Assembly: GCA_041694815.1 (NCBI GenBank)
Contig: JBGFSC010000004.1
Coordinates: 1-64,000 of the forward strand
DNA: 64,000 nt
DNA from: Elusimicrobiota bacterium
GTDB lineage: Bacteria; Elusimicrobiota; Elusimicrobia; UBA1565; JACRDR01
Reading direction: 5' to 3'
The notes below the pieces were generated by a model. That model was not told the origin of the DNA. It worked only from the letters and a program-made list of their open reading frames with translations, and ran no database searches. This document shows, in pieces, positions 26,848 to 37,073 of the stretch; the stretch's first letter is position 1; every line of letters begins with the position of its first letter. Position numbers and translations under genes: made by a program.

Positions 26848-28602
26848 ATGAAAAGTTCAGACGGCCTCCGCCGCCTGGTCCCCTACCTGAGGCCCCATCT
26901 GGGGCGCTTCCTGACGGCCTCCGTTTCGATGGTTTTCATGGCCGGGTTCAACGGCCTGGCTGTCTGGCTGCTCAAGCCGGTGGTCGACCAGGTGTTCATC
27001 CAGAGGGACGTCGACATGCTCCGGCAGCTGCTGTGGCTCATCCCGATCGTATTCTTCTTTAAGATGTCCTTGGGCTACCTGCAGACCTACCTGATGAGCT
27101 ATATCGGCCAGAAGGTGGTCCAGGTGATGCGGCGCGACCTTTTCCGCCATCTCCACGAGCTGTCGATGGACTTTTTCTGGAGGAAGCGCAGCGGCGAGGT
27201 GCTCTCGCGCGTCACCAACGACCTGGGCAACCTGCAATCGGCGCTGCAATTCACGCCGCTCTACCTGATCCGCGACAGCCTGACGGCCTTGGTGCTCATC
27301 GCGCTTTTGTTCGTCCTGGACTGGAAATTCGCCGCTATCGCCGCGACGACGCTGCCCGTCTGCGTGGGCGTGCTATACGTGCTGGGAAAGAAGATGCGCC
27401 GTTCCAGCATGCGGGGCCAGGAGATCATGGGCGACATCTACCATCGTTTCCAGGAATCCATGCAGGGCATGCTGGTGGTCAAGGCCTTCAATTACGAGGA
27501 AGGGGCCATCCGGAAATTCGACAGGGAAAACGACTCCTTCTTCGACCAGACGATGCGCTACCTGCGCGCGACGGCGCTCTCGGGGCCGCTCATGGAGTTT
27601 CTAGGCGCTTTGATCTTGACCTTCCTCATCTATTACGGCGGGCTCCAGATCTTGAGCGGGCGCATGACCCCGGGCGCCTTCTTCACTTTCTTGGCGGCAT
27701 TCTTTGCGGCCTACAACCCGGTCAAGAACCTGGCCCGGCTCAACGCCGAGCTGCAGCGCGGATTGGCCGCCGTGGAGCGGGTCTTCGAGGTGTTGGGCGA
27801 GAAGCCCACCGTGCTCGAGTCGCCGCGCCCGCTGCCGTTCACGGCGCCAGCGCGCGCCATCGAGTTCCGCGGGGTCTCGTTCCGCTATCCGGACCGGGAC
27901 GCCTGGGCGCTGCGGGGCTTGGATCTGTCCATCGCCGGCGGGGAGCTCCTGGCCGTCGTCGGCCAGAGCGGCTCGGGCAAGACGACGCTGGCGCATCTCT
28001 TGCTGCGTTTGTTCGATCCGGTCGGGGGAGCCGTCACGGTGGACGGCCGGGACTTGAGGGATTTTTCGATCAAGTCCCTGCGCCGGCATATCGGCCTGGT
28101 GACGCAGGACACGATCCTTCTGCACGACACGGTGATGGCCAACGTCGCCCTCGGGCGCCCGGAGGCCTCGCGGGAGGAGATACTCGCGGCCCTTAAGGCC
28201 GCCGACGCCGAGGATTTCGTCAGCCGCCTGCCGGAGGGGACCGAGACGCTGCTGGGGGATCGGGGCGTGCGCCTCTCGGGCGGGCAGAGGCAGAGGATCG
28301 CCATCGCCCGGGCGGTGCTCAAGAACCCCTCCCTGCTCATTTTAGACGAGGCTACCTCAAATCTTGACACCGCCAGCGAGCAAAGCGTCCAAAAGGCGCT
28401 CGAGCCGCTTTATAAAGGCCGCACCGTGCTCGTCATCGCGCACCGCCTCTCGACGGTGCAGGGCGCCGACCGGATCGCGGTGCTGCGGCAAGGCGAACTG
28501 GCCGAGCTCGGGACGCATCGCGAGCTGCTGTCTAAGGGCGGGGTGTACGCCACGCTCTACGCCTTGCAGGATCTGGGAGCCGCCCCGAGCGCCGTATCCT
28601 GA
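26848..28602 (+). CDS. msbA: MsbA-like ABC exporter (TMD plus ATPase)
   Basis: Six TMs, GQSGSGKT, LSGGQRQR, ILDEATS. Confidence 0.8.
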   Translation: MKSSDGLRRLVPYLRPHLGRFLTASVSMVFMAGFNGLAVWLLKPVVDQVFIQRDVDMLRQLLWLIPIVFFFKMSLGYLQTYLMSYIGQKVVQVMRRDLFRHLHELSMDFFWRKRSGEVLSRVTNDLGNLQSALQFTPLYLIRDSLTALVLIALLFVLDWKFAAIAATTLPVCVGVLYVLGKKMRRSSMRGQEIMGDIYHRFQESMQGMLVVKAFNYEEGAIRKFDRENDSFFDQTMRYLRATALSGPLMEFLGALILTFLIYYGGLQILSGRMTPGAFFTFLAAFFAAYNPVKNLARLNAELQRGLAAVERVFEVLGEKPTVLESPRPLPFTAPARAIEFRGVSFRYPDRDAWALRGLDLSIAGGELLAVVGQSGSGKTTLAHLLLRLFDPVGGAVTVDGRDLRDFSIKSLRRHIGLVTQDTILLHDTVMANVALGRPEASREEILAALKAADAEDFVSRLPEGTETLLGDRGVRLSGGQRQRIAIARAVLKNPSLLILDEATSNLDTASEQSVQKALEPLYKGRTVLVIAHRLSTVQGADRIAVLRQGELAELGTHRELLSKGGVYATLYALQDLGAAPSAVS

Positions 28603-28604
28603 CC

Positions 28605-29243
28605 GTGGGACGCGGCGGGTGGATCGACGTCTCCGTCCCTCTCTCCGAGGGCCTGGTCCACTGGCCGGAGAACCCGCCCTTCAAGATACGCCGAGTCAAG
28701 GACATGGCCCAGGGGGGCTCGAGCAACGTCTCCGAGATCTCCATGGGCACTCATGCCGGGACGCATTTGGACGCGCCCGTCCATTTTTTGCCCGGCGGCC
28801 CGGCCGTCGATTCGTTTTCCTTAGAGGTTGCCATTGGGCCGGCGCGGGTGCTCGAGATCCGCGACGGGGAGTCGGTCAAAGCCGAGGAGCTGCGCTCGCA
28901 GCGGATCAAGATCGGAGAGAGGATCCTGCTCAAGACCAAGAACTCATCCCGGCCTTGGGCCGAGGAGCCCTTCAAGCCCCATTTCGTCTATCTTTCGACC
29001 GAGGCGGCGGATTTTTTGGCCTCCAAGAAACCCAAGCTGCTGGGGATCGATTATCTATCGATCGGTGGTTATAAGAAAAATGGACGCCAAGCGCATGAGG
29101 CCCTGCTCAAGGCCGGGGCCTGGGTGCTCGAGGGTCTCGATCTCTCGCGCGTGCGCGCCGGCGTCTACGAGATGATCTGCCTGCCGCTTAAGATCTCCGG
29201 CGCCGACGGCGCGCCGGCGCGGGTACTGCTCAAGAGGTCATGA
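28605..29243 (+). CDS. Cyclase family (kynurenine formamidase-like) metal hydrolase
   Basis: HAGTHLDAPVHF, GIDYLS, GADGAPAR. Confidence 0.92.
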   Translation: MGRGGWIDVSVPLSEGLVHWPENPPFKIRRVKDMAQGGSSNVSEISMGTHAGTHLDAPVHFLPGGPAVDSFSLEVAIGPARVLEIRDGESVKAEELRSQRIKIGERILLKTKNSSRPWAEEPFKPHFVYLSTEAADFLASKKPKLLGIDYLSIGGYKKNGRQAHEALLKAGAWVLEGLDLSRVRAGVYEMICLPLKISGADGAPARVLLKRS

Positions 29244-29244
29244 T

Positions 29245-30438
29245 ATGCGGCGGCAACTATTATGGACAATAGTTGTTCCCCTGTTCTTGGGCTGCCTTTC
29301 CAACGCCTGGGCGTTGGAATTGAGCCCGGAGGATTTGATCTACAAGCGCGAAACCAGCTCCGGCATGCCCCGTTCGATCACCGGACAACAGGCGGGCGAG
29401 GACGTTGGCATCCTTCTTTACGGGCTGGAAAAGGGCTATGGCGGCCGTCGTTTCGTTCCGGCTGAGGATTTCACCGCGGTCAAAAAGGAGTTATTGGTTC
29501 TGTCCAACGCCTCCGCCCGATTGGACGTAGGGTCCTTCTGTGATGCCATCGGGGACATGCTGTGGCGGCTTCCGGACGCCCATTTAAGCGTCAGTCTAAG
29601 GGAAAACAAGTGCGGGAACAGCCGACGGCTGGCGCGGCGCGTCTCATCCGTCGGAGTCAATGTCGGCAAAGGCAATTTCAAGCCGTGGTCTCTATCCACC
29701 AGGCGCCTAGGGGACAAGAGCGTCGTCGTATTGGCGATCACGAAATTCCCGTTCAAGGATGATCCGGGCTGGGACGGTTATGGCGACGCGCTGAAAGCCG
29801 TCATGGCCTCCTCCGCCGCGATTATCGATCTTCGAGGCAACGGCGGCGGGGACGATTCCAGGGGTTATGAGCTGGCCCAGGCGCTATTGGGCCGCCAGCC
29901 TTCGGGCGGGGCGGAGAGGACCTACCGCCGGCAGACTCCCGAGGCGTTCGCCTTGATGATGAATTTCGTTGCCTGGATCATCGAGGAGCGCGAGCGCGGC
30001 CGGCCTGGCCGACATCTTTCCGCCATTCTCGAAAAGTACAAAAAGCAGTATCAAGCCGCGATCGAGGGACGGCTACCAGAAGAGCGCATCGACGTCAATC
30101 GCGGGACAGGGGATTTGGGAAAGAGGGCGTATCGGAACACGATTTATATTCTGGCCGACGCGGCCTGCGCGTCAAGCTGCGAGAGCAGCTTGGAAGTCTT
30201 GAGGTCCCATCCAAACGCCAAGGTGGTCGGGGAAAACACCGGGGGATTTATTCATTTCGGGGACGTCGGGCTCTTGCGCCTGCCGCATAGCGGCATCTTC
30301 GTGAGGATTCCGACGACCTACCATCAATACCCGGGCGGAAAAATCTACGATAAGATCGGTTGGGAGCCGGACCTGCGCGTGCCCGCCGGCCGGGACGCGC
30401 TAGATTGGGCTCTCGACGAAATAGGAGCTGGCCGCTAA
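29245..30438 (+). CDS. Secreted S41 family peptidase
   Basis: DAHL, IIDLRGNGGG, ASSCE, VGENTGG, GWEPD. Confidence 0.88.
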   Translation: MRRQLLWTIVVPLFLGCLSNAWALELSPEDLIYKRETSSGMPRSITGQQAGEDVGILLYGLEKGYGGRRFVPAEDFTAVKKELLVLSNASARLDVGSFCDAIGDMLWRLPDAHLSVSLRENKCGNSRRLARRVSSVGVNVGKGNFKPWSLSTRRLGDKSVVVLAITKFPFKDDPGWDGYGDALKAVMASSAAIIDLRGNGGGDDSRGYELAQALLGRQPSGGAERTYRRQTPEAFALMMNFVAWIIEERERGRPGRHLSAILEKYKKQYQAAIEGRLPEERIDVNRGTGDLGKRAYRNTIYILADAACASSCESSLEVLRSHPNAKVVGENTGGFIHFGDVGLLRLPHSGIFVRIPTTYHQYPGGKIYDKIGWEPDLRVPAGRDALDWALDEIGAGR

Positions 30439-30449
30439 CTCGCATTCTC

Positions 30450-30490
30450 TGACTTTTCTGCTCCGCCAAAATGGCGGAGCAGAAAAGTCA
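30450..30490. repeat. Perfect 19-bp inverted repeat (REP-like element or bidirectional terminator)
   Basis: TGACTTTTCTGCTCCGCCA-AAA-TGGCGGAGCAGAAAAGTCA. Confidence 0.85.
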
Positions 30491-30644
30491 ATGTTAGGAA
30501 GTTACCAAACCCCATTGCTCGGGTTGAATATCGACTTTTCAAGCCCGCTAGCCGCCAACAGCGAGTTTTATTTCTAAAACAAAAGAACGGACAACGTAGC
30601 TTAGGGGGTCACGATGTCTACACCCACTTGCGGAATTCACGGGC

Positions 30645-30734
30645 AGGCCTTAGGACCTATAATGTCTGGGACCAAAGCCTATCGCGGAATTAGGCCTTTT
30701 GCCGCTTTGAGGGATTAAGCCCGGCCGCTATAAT
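30645..30734 (+). promoter_or_regulatory. Triple-box promoter
   Basis: Boxes AGGCCTTAGGACCT (30645), 30668 and 30692; -10 TATAAT at 30729-30734; RBS GAGGT. Confidence 0.65.
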
Positions 30735-30757
30735 TTCGAGCTAGAGGTGTTGATTAC

Positions 30758-31612
30758 ATGAAAAGAGCTCTCCATTTCAATCGATATGTTCTCATAGCGC
30801 TCGTCGGCGCGATTTCCAGTGCTCAATCGGCGGAAACGAGGATGGAACCTGAGTTGTTAGCATCCGTGGCCGCTTTCTTTGCGGTCGAGAGCAATGTCCA
30901 AGATAAGGGTTCCGTAGAGCTTGCGTTGGCCATGCTGGATCCGAATTCCGAGTTCCATCAACGCGTCATGGCGCCCGTGGCCCAAGAGCTTCCCGTTGGG
31001 TTCGAAAGCAAGATAGACCGGTACAACGATCAATGGCGCAAAATGGTTCGCGGTGAAATTCCTATTCCGGGACGCCTTGAGCAGGACCCAGTCCGGCGCG
31101 AATGGGAGGACGTCCGTGAGTCGGTATATCGGGCTATCCGGAACTCCATGGATGCAATCATTCGAGGGATACTCTTGCGCGCAGACGAGATTCAAGCCCA
31201 GCTGGAGAATGAGACGGCGACGCCTGCCATGATGGACAGGGCTTCGCGGGAGTTAATTCCCTTTAGGCATTTCCGGACCCAAAATCCGGGCGTGGCCGAT
31301 TACGTGGAAACCGTTTTGTCCAAAATAGAAGCGACTCGCTCCGGAAAGCAAATGGATATCGCCCAAGCCTTTGCCCGCATCGGGCTCCGCAAGGGCTATG
31401 TCGGCGGAAGCCCTATTTTGATTAATGAGCGAGCCCTGCAGGCGGACGGCCTGCGCCTTAAAATCAAGGGCATGCGTTCCGAGCTTGCGTGCCTTCTCCT
31501 GGACGAGGCGGAGAGCTTGGAGGCGCCGACCGGTCCCAGCCAATCCAGTAAGTTTGCCGAAGATCATGCCAAGATTAGGCGACGGCTTTGGGGCGAGGTT
31601 TTCCCAAACTGA
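30758..31612 (+). CDS. Orphan secreted alpha-helical protein
   Basis: Promoter, RBS and signal peptide; no family recognised. Confidence 0.7.
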   Translation: MKRALHFNRYVLIALVGAISSAQSAETRMEPELLASVAAFFAVESNVQDKGSVELALAMLDPNSEFHQRVMAPVAQELPVGFESKIDRYNDQWRKMVRGEIPIPGRLEQDPVRREWEDVRESVYRAIRNSMDAIIRGILLRADEIQAQLENETATPAMMDRASRELIPFRHFRTQNPGVADYVETVLSKIEATRSGKQMDIAQAFARIGLRKGYVGGSPILINERALQADGLRLKIKGMRSELACLLLDEAESLEAPTGPSQSSKFAEDHAKIRRRLWGEVFPN

Positions 31613-31766
31613 CAAGTTTGAAAATGGCCTGGAGGCGAATCTTTACGATTACGAGAACTGTTGGGAGCTGTTTCTCGCGGCAATGCCGCTTAAAGGCCGC
31701 AAATTGAGGCCTTTAAGAAAAGCCCTCGAAAAGACATGACACTAACGCCGGGCACCCAGAGCCCGG

Positions 31767-33905
31767 CTACCAAACCCGGCATGGGTTGGGGCTGACCATC
31801 GGCGAGCCCGCCTTGCAGCCGAAGGTTTGGGCGAACTCCGGCATGTTGGCGACGACCCCGTTGACGCGGTACTTGCCCGGCGAGTGCGGGTCGGTCAGGG
31901 CGAGGCGGCGGGCTTCCTGGTCGGTCATCTTGGTGCACCAGACCTGGCCCCAGCCCACGAAGAGCCGCTGCTCGGGCGTGTAACCGTCGATCTTTCGCGG
32001 CTGCTTTCCCTTGAGCGAGTTCTGCAGCGCCATCAAGGCGATGCGCAGGCCGCCGTTGTCGGCGACGTTCTCGCCGAGGGTGAGCTGGCCGTTGAGCTTT
32101 AAGTCGTCGACCGCGGTGTACTGGGAGTATTGCTTCTCGATGCAGGCGGCGCGCTCCTCGAAGGCCTTCCCGTCTTCCGGAGTCCACCAGTCGCGGAGGT
32201 TGCCCTTATCGTCGAACTGCCGGCCCTGGTCGTCGAAGCCGTGCGTCAGCTCGTGGCCGATGACGCCGCCGATCGCGCCGTAATTGACGGCGTCGTCGAT
32301 CGCGGCGTCGAAAAAGGGTGGCTGCAGGATGCCGGCCGGGAAGTTGATGTTATTCATCAACGGGTGGTAATAGGCGTTGACCGTCGGCGGGCTCATGAAC
32401 CACTCTTTTTTATCGACGGGCCGGCCGATCTTGGCCAGCTGGCGCCGTATCTCGAACTCGTCGGCGCGCATGCCGTTGCCTAGGAGGTCGTCGCGGCGGA
32501 TCTCGAGCTTGCTGTAATCGCGCCAGCGTTCGGGATAGCCGATCTTGTTGGCCATGGCCGCCAATTTTGCCTGTGCCTCCCGCTTGGTCGCGGGCGTCAT
32601 CCAGGGCAGGGCGTCGATGTCCTCCTTGAGCGCGCGCTCTAAGCCCTTGATGAGCCGGAGCATCCGCTTCTTGCTCTGCTTGGGGAAATACTGCTCGACA
32701 TAGCGTTGGCCGAGAGCCTCGCCCAAGGCGCCGTCGGCCAGGGCCACGCAGCGCTTCCAGCGGGGCTTGATCTCCTTGGCGCCGGTCAGGGTCTGACCGT
32801 AGAACTTGAAGTTCTCGTTGACGAAAGCGGAGGAGAGCAGCGGCGCGGCCGCCCTCACGGAGTGCCAGCGGAGATAGGTCTTCCAATCGGCCGGGGGCAC
32901 GGATTCGAGCATTTGGCCGAAGCGCTTGATGAAATCGGGCGATTCGACGTTGACGGATTGGAGTTCAGGGGCCTGGACATCGGCCAAATAGCGCCGCCAG
33001 TCGAACTTCGGAGCCAAGGCCGAAAGCTGGTCCATGTCCATGCGGTGGTAGACATTCTTGGGGTTCCGACGGGCGACGTTGTCCTGGGAGGCGCGGGCGA
33101 GCTCAGTCTCGATGGACATCACGGTTTTGGCCGATTGAGCGGCCTTCTCGGCCGGTTCGCCCAGAAGGGTAAACATCTTTTCGATATGCGCCACGTATTG
33201 CTCGCGCAGCTCGACGGACTTCTTGTCCTCCTTGAAGTAATAATCCCGGTCCGGAAGGCCCAAGCCCGCCTGTCCGATCTGCGCGATCACCTCGGTGGCG
33301 TCCTTAAAGTCCTGGTCCGAGCTGATGCTAAAGACCGCGTTGATGTTGCCCAGTTTCGCGAAGGCGGCCGGCATATCGGCAGGGCCGCGGATGGCATCGA
33401 TGCGGTCCAATAGCGGTTTGAGCGGCTGGGCCCCCTTCTTCTCCGCCATCCTTTCGTCCATGCAGGAGGCGTAGAGATCGCCGATCTTCTGGTCGATGGC
33501 GCCGCGTGTGCGGCCCGGCTTGGCGGCCTTCTCCAAGATGCGGCGCAGGATGGCATGGTTGTTTTCGGCCAACTCGTTGAAGCGACCCCAGCGGGCCTGG
33601 TCGGAGGGGATCTCCGTCTTGGCGAGCCACCCGCCGCAGGAGTACTGGAAGAAATCGGAGCAGGGGTCGGCGGATTTGTCCATCGCGGCCGGGTCGAAGC
33701 TGATCAGCTTGCCCTTGGCCTCCGGCTTTTTCGCCTTGCCCACCGCGGCCTTTACCTCCGGCGCCTTCTCCTTCTTCTTGGCGCCGTCATAGAAGGAGCT
33801 CAGCTCGTCGGACTCGGAATCGGGATCCTCCGCGGCCGGAGCCCCGGCGGCGGGGATGGCGAGCGCACCCAAGAATAGGGACAGGATGAACAGGCTTTCT
33901 TTCAT
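31767..33905 (-). CDS. M13 (neprilysin/PepO-like) metallopeptidase
   Basis: DPCSDFFQYSCGGW, VNAYY, HELTHGFD, GENVAD; start at ATG 33905 with RBS. Confidence 0.96.
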   Translation of the reverse strand: MKESLFILSLFLGALAIPAAGAPAAEDPDSESDELSSFYDGAKKKEKAPEVKAAVGKAKKPEAKGKLISFDPAAMDKSADPCSDFFQYSCGGWLAKTEIPSDQARWGRFNELAENNHAILRRILEKAAKPGRTRGAIDQKIGDLYASCMDERMAEKKGAQPLKPLLDRIDAIRGPADMPAAFAKLGNINAVFSISSDQDFKDATEVIAQIGQAGLGLPDRDYYFKEDKKSVELREQYVAHIEKMFTLLGEPAEKAAQSAKTVMSIETELARASQDNVARRNPKNVYHRMDMDQLSALAPKFDWRRYLADVQAPELQSVNVESPDFIKRFGQMLESVPPADWKTYLRWHSVRAAAPLLSSAFVNENFKFYGQTLTGAKEIKPRWKRCVALADGALGEALGQRYVEQYFPKQSKKRMLRLIKGLERALKEDIDALPWMTPATKREAQAKLAAMANKIGYPERWRDYSKLEIRRDDLLGNGMRADEFEIRRQLAKIGRPVDKKEWFMSPPTVNAYYHPLMNNINFPAGILQPPFFDAAIDDAVNYGAIGGVIGHELTHGFDDQGRQFDDKGNLRDWWTPEDGKAFEERAACIEKQYSQYTAVDDLKLNGQLTLGENVADNGGLRIALMALQNSLKGKQPRKIDGYTPEQRLFVGWGQVWCTKMTDQEARRLALTDPHSPGKYRVNGVVANMPEFAQTFGCKAGSPMVSPNPCRVW

Positions 33906-33998
33906 GGTTGTTCTCTCCAGGTCGAAAATCGGAAGGATAGGATAGCACAATCGAGGGTTCTTGCGCTTCTCGGAAGGCCTGTTATACTATCGCGCCCC

Positions 33999-35633
33999 AT
34001 GAAATCCCGGTATTTTTCCTCGATTCCGGCCGCTCTTCTCTTGTTCTTTCTCGCTTCGGCCGTGATCCCGGCGGAGCCGTCGCTCGACTCTGGTTACCAG
34101 GAGTTGCGATCCCGGGCCGCCGCGGCCCGCCAAAAGCTTGCCGAGCCCGAGGAAGAGTCCGTCTCGATCGTCGTCTACCATACCAACGACATCCATGGCA
34201 GCATCGACGCCCAACCGCCGAACCCTGAGAAGCATTTCTCCGGCTCGGGCGGCGTCGCATCCCTGGCGACACTGCTCTCGCGCGAGTCACGCCCCCATTA
34301 TTGGGTCGACTCCGGGGATTGGTTCCAGGGCACGCCCGAGGGGAACCTGAGCCGCGGCGAGGCGGTGATCGATGTCTTCAACCGGCTCGGGCTGACCGCG
34401 GCGGTGTTGGGCAACCACGACTACGACTACGGCGAGGGGAACGTGCTTAAGCTCGCGCGCAAGGCCTCCTTCCCGATATTGGGGTCCAATATCCTCTCGG
34501 CCTCCAACGGCAAGCCGGCCGGCTACGTCACTCCCTACGTCATCCGCGAGCCCGCGCCCGGGGTCAAGATCGGCTTTTTCGGCCTCTTGTCGAGCGGTAT
34601 GCCCGGCCTGGCCTTCCCGAGGCACATCGAGGGCTTGAGCTTCGGACGCGAGGCGGACGCGGCGCGAAAGGCGGTGGCCGAGCTGCGCGATCAGGGCGCC
34701 GACATCGTCGTCGCCGTCACCCATGTCGGCATCGAGGAGAACCGGGCCCGGCACGCCGACATTAAGGAGGGGGACCTGTTTTTGGCCAAGAACGTGCCGG
34801 GCATCGACGCGATCATGGGAGGGCACACCCACCAGGAGCTCAGAAAGCCCATGATCGTCGACAACGGCGGCCGCAAGGTCTTGATCACCCAGAACGGGAG
34901 CCGCCTGAGAACCGTCTACCAGGTCGTCTTCGAGGTCGGCCGCAAGAGCGGGCGGCTGCTGCGGAGCTCCGGCAAGCTTATCCATCTCGACCCCGCCAAG
35001 ATCCCTCCCGACCCCGAGACGCACAAGATCGTCGAGAAATACAAGGCGTCGATCGAGCGCGAGATGGGCCGTGTGATCGGCGCCTCCAGCGTGGCGATGG
35101 AGCTGCGCGCCGATCGGGAATGCCTCATGGCGAATTGGATCGCCGACGTTATGCGCCGCCACGCCAAGGCGGATTTGGCCGCCATCAACACCTTCGGCAT
35201 CCGCGCGGAACTGCCTCGGGGCGAGCTGACTTACGGGCATCTCTACCGCGTCATGCCCTTCGACAACTCCCTGGCCAAGGTGCGCCTGCTCGGCTCGGAG
35301 CTGAGGAAGCTCGCGGAGAAGAACATGGGCCCGAACGCCCTGACCCTGCAGTTCTCGGGCGCGGAGATCGTCTACGACCCGGCGCAGCCGGAGGGTCGGC
35401 GCGTGCTCGCCTTCAACGTCGGCGGGGCGCCCCTGCAGGAGGAGCGGGTCTATACCCTCGCCGCGCTCGATTTCGTGGCGACCGTAGACCCCGTCTTCGA
35501 CGGGATACGGCGCGAGGTCGAGACGACGCCCGAGCTGCTGCGGGACATTCTCGTGGAGGAGGTCCGGCGCCGCGGAGTGATCTCCGCCTCCTTGGACGGG
35601 CGGCTCAGGCGTGCCGTGGCCGCTGTCAGGTAG
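33999..35633 (+). CDS. Bifunctional 5'-nucleotidase / UDP-sugar hydrolase
   Basis: HTNDIHG, DSGD, GNHDYD, THVG, GGHTH, MPFDN. Confidence 0.93.
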   Translation: MKSRYFSSIPAALLLFFLASAVIPAEPSLDSGYQELRSRAAAARQKLAEPEEESVSIVVYHTNDIHGSIDAQPPNPEKHFSGSGGVASLATLLSRESRPHYWVDSGDWFQGTPEGNLSRGEAVIDVFNRLGLTAAVLGNHDYDYGEGNVLKLARKASFPILGSNILSASNGKPAGYVTPYVIREPAPGVKIGFFGLLSSGMPGLAFPRHIEGLSFGREADAARKAVAELRDQGADIVVAVTHVGIEENRARHADIKEGDLFLAKNVPGIDAIMGGHTHQELRKPMIVDNGGRKVLITQNGSRLRTVYQVVFEVGRKSGRLLRSSGKLIHLDPAKIPPDPETHKIVEKYKASIEREMGRVIGASSVAMELRADRECLMANWIADVMRRHAKADLAAINTFGIRAELPRGELTYGHLYRVMPFDNSLAKVRLLGSELRKLAEKNMGPNALTLQFSGAEIVYDPAQPEGRRVLAFNVGGAPLQEERVYTLAALDFVATVDPVFDGIRREVETTPELLRDILVEEVRRRGVISASLDGRLRRAVAAVR

Positions 35634-36759
35634 AGGGCGGGCGCTTTTCCCGCAGCAGCTTGGACAACTCGCGACTTACGGCCGGCTCCGACCAGCCATC
35701 GCTTGCGGCCGCGCCCGCGGCTAGGACGGTCTCAGGCGAGATCGGCCAGCGCCATTCCTGAAAGCGCCTCGTCAGATCGGTCTTGAGCTTCGCGCTCAAG
35801 AGAAAGGCGAACACATTGGCCTTTTGCGCGAGCAGCGCGGCGCTCTGCGCACCCTCGGGGACCGTCCAGTCGGACGGATAAGGAAAGGAAGCATGGTAGG
35901 TTCGGATGAAGCCGCGGAAACCCTGGAAGAATTCCTCGAGCCGGCCCTGCTGCCTGAACTCGCGGTAGAGCGCGACCAGCATTCCGGTGAGTATATGGCC
36001 ACGCCCATGGGGACTGCCCTGCGAATTGACCGGCAGCGGAACCATGTCCTCGAAGCGGCGGCCGGAGCGCCGGTATTCCCAAAGGGCCATGTCCGCATCC
36101 ATCCAGGCGTAATCCTCGACGCCCGACATGAAGGTGTCGCAGGGCGGCCTCTGGCCGGCCTTGCGCTCGCAGAAGCCGTCCCAATACCAGGCCTCCTTGA
36201 GGCCCTTGAGTTCGCTGTAGACGCCGTAGCCGAACAGGGCGAAATTGTCGGCCCAGGATTCGGTCATGGCCGCGTCCCAGCGGTAGCCGCTGTCGCGCGC
36301 GTCGAAGGGGGAGAACATGTGCCCGATTTCGTGCGCGAAGGAGGCGAACAGCGGGCGCCGCGGGTGGTTGGCGGTAAAGACGATGTCGCGTCCGACCACC
36401 GCGGCGTCGGCGTAAAGCGCGTTGCCGAGGCGATAGGCCGGGTAGGCGTGCTCTAGGTTGCCCTTGGGGCATTCCGGCCCCCGCGGCTTGTTCGGGGCGC
36501 AGCGCTCGTGGATGGGGATCGGCGTCTGCGGCGTGTATCCGGTCAAATCCTGCATGAAGTCGAAGAACTTCTCGTACTTCTCGAAGTAGGCCAAGGGGTC
36601 TTCGATCTGCCGGGCGTGCTCCGGGTGCAGGTCCCAGAGGAACCGTCCGCAGACGATGGTCCCCGTGTGCCGGAATTCCGCCAGGGAGCGGTCGCAGGAG
36701 ACCGCGGCGCAAGCGGGAGCCGGAACGGAAAGCAGCGTCGCGAAAAGCAGGCGTTTCAT
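35626..36759 (-). CDS. Secreted HExxH metallopeptidase-like protein (M60-like spacing)
   Basis: Signal peptide; FAHEIGHMF...MTESWAD. Confidence 0.65.
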   Translation of the reverse strand: MKRLLFATLLSVPAPACAAVSCDRSLAEFRHTGTIVCGRFLWDLHPEHARQIEDPLAYFEKYEKFFDFMQDLTGYTPQTPIPIHERCAPNKPRGPECPKGNLEHAYPAYRLGNALYADAAVVGRDIVFTANHPRRPLFASFAHEIGHMFSPFDARDSGYRWDAAMTESWADNFALFGYGVYSELKGLKEAWYWDGFCERKAGQRPPCDTFMSGVEDYAWMDADMALWEYRRSGRRFEDMVPLPVNSQGSPHGRGHILTGMLVALYREFRQQGRLEEFFQGFRGFIRTYHASFPYPSDWTVPEGAQSAALLAQKANVFAFLLSAKLKTDLTRRFQEWRWPISPETVLAAGAAASDGWSEPAVSRELSKLLREKRPPST

Positions 36760-36839
36760 GGACCCAGCATAGCTATTAGGCCCGCTAAACATCCAGGAGC
36801 GAAAGGCCTATCCGGAGGTATAATGAGGAAGGAGGCGCC

Positions 36840-37067
36840 ATGCTACATACGGTTCCGAAGCTTCGGCATCGCGGTTTGACGGGTCGTTGGCCCATCGCGG
36901 AACTCCAGGAGCCCGGCGTGCCCGGAGGCGAAAGGCATTCGCGCCGGCACGCGAGGCTCAAATCCTCCGTGCATCGGGCAAGGCCCGTCCCGAATACCCG
37001 CCGCGGGAAATCGGGCGGGCGACGGGATTCCACCCGCGGGCGCAAGGGCATCATCGACCGGCGTTAG
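36840..37067 (+). CDS. Small Arg-rich basic protein (75 aa)
   Basis: TATAAT at 36819, GGAGG at 36831, fills the intergenic gap. Confidence 0.6.
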   Translation: MLHTVPKLRHRGLTGRWPIAELQEPGVPGGERHSRRHARLKSSVHRARPVPNTRRGKSGGRRDSTRGRKGIIDRR

Positions 37068-37073
37068 GCCCGG

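Noticed and set aside
30563..30580. GTTTTATTTCTAAAAC resembling type II CRISPR repeat ends
   Set aside because: Single short palindrome with no repeat-spacer periodicity.
36790..37070. tmRNA, RNase P or other ncRNA in this intergenic gap
   Set aside because: No tRNA-like ends or conserved RNase P motifs, and the promoter, RBS and ORF explain it better.
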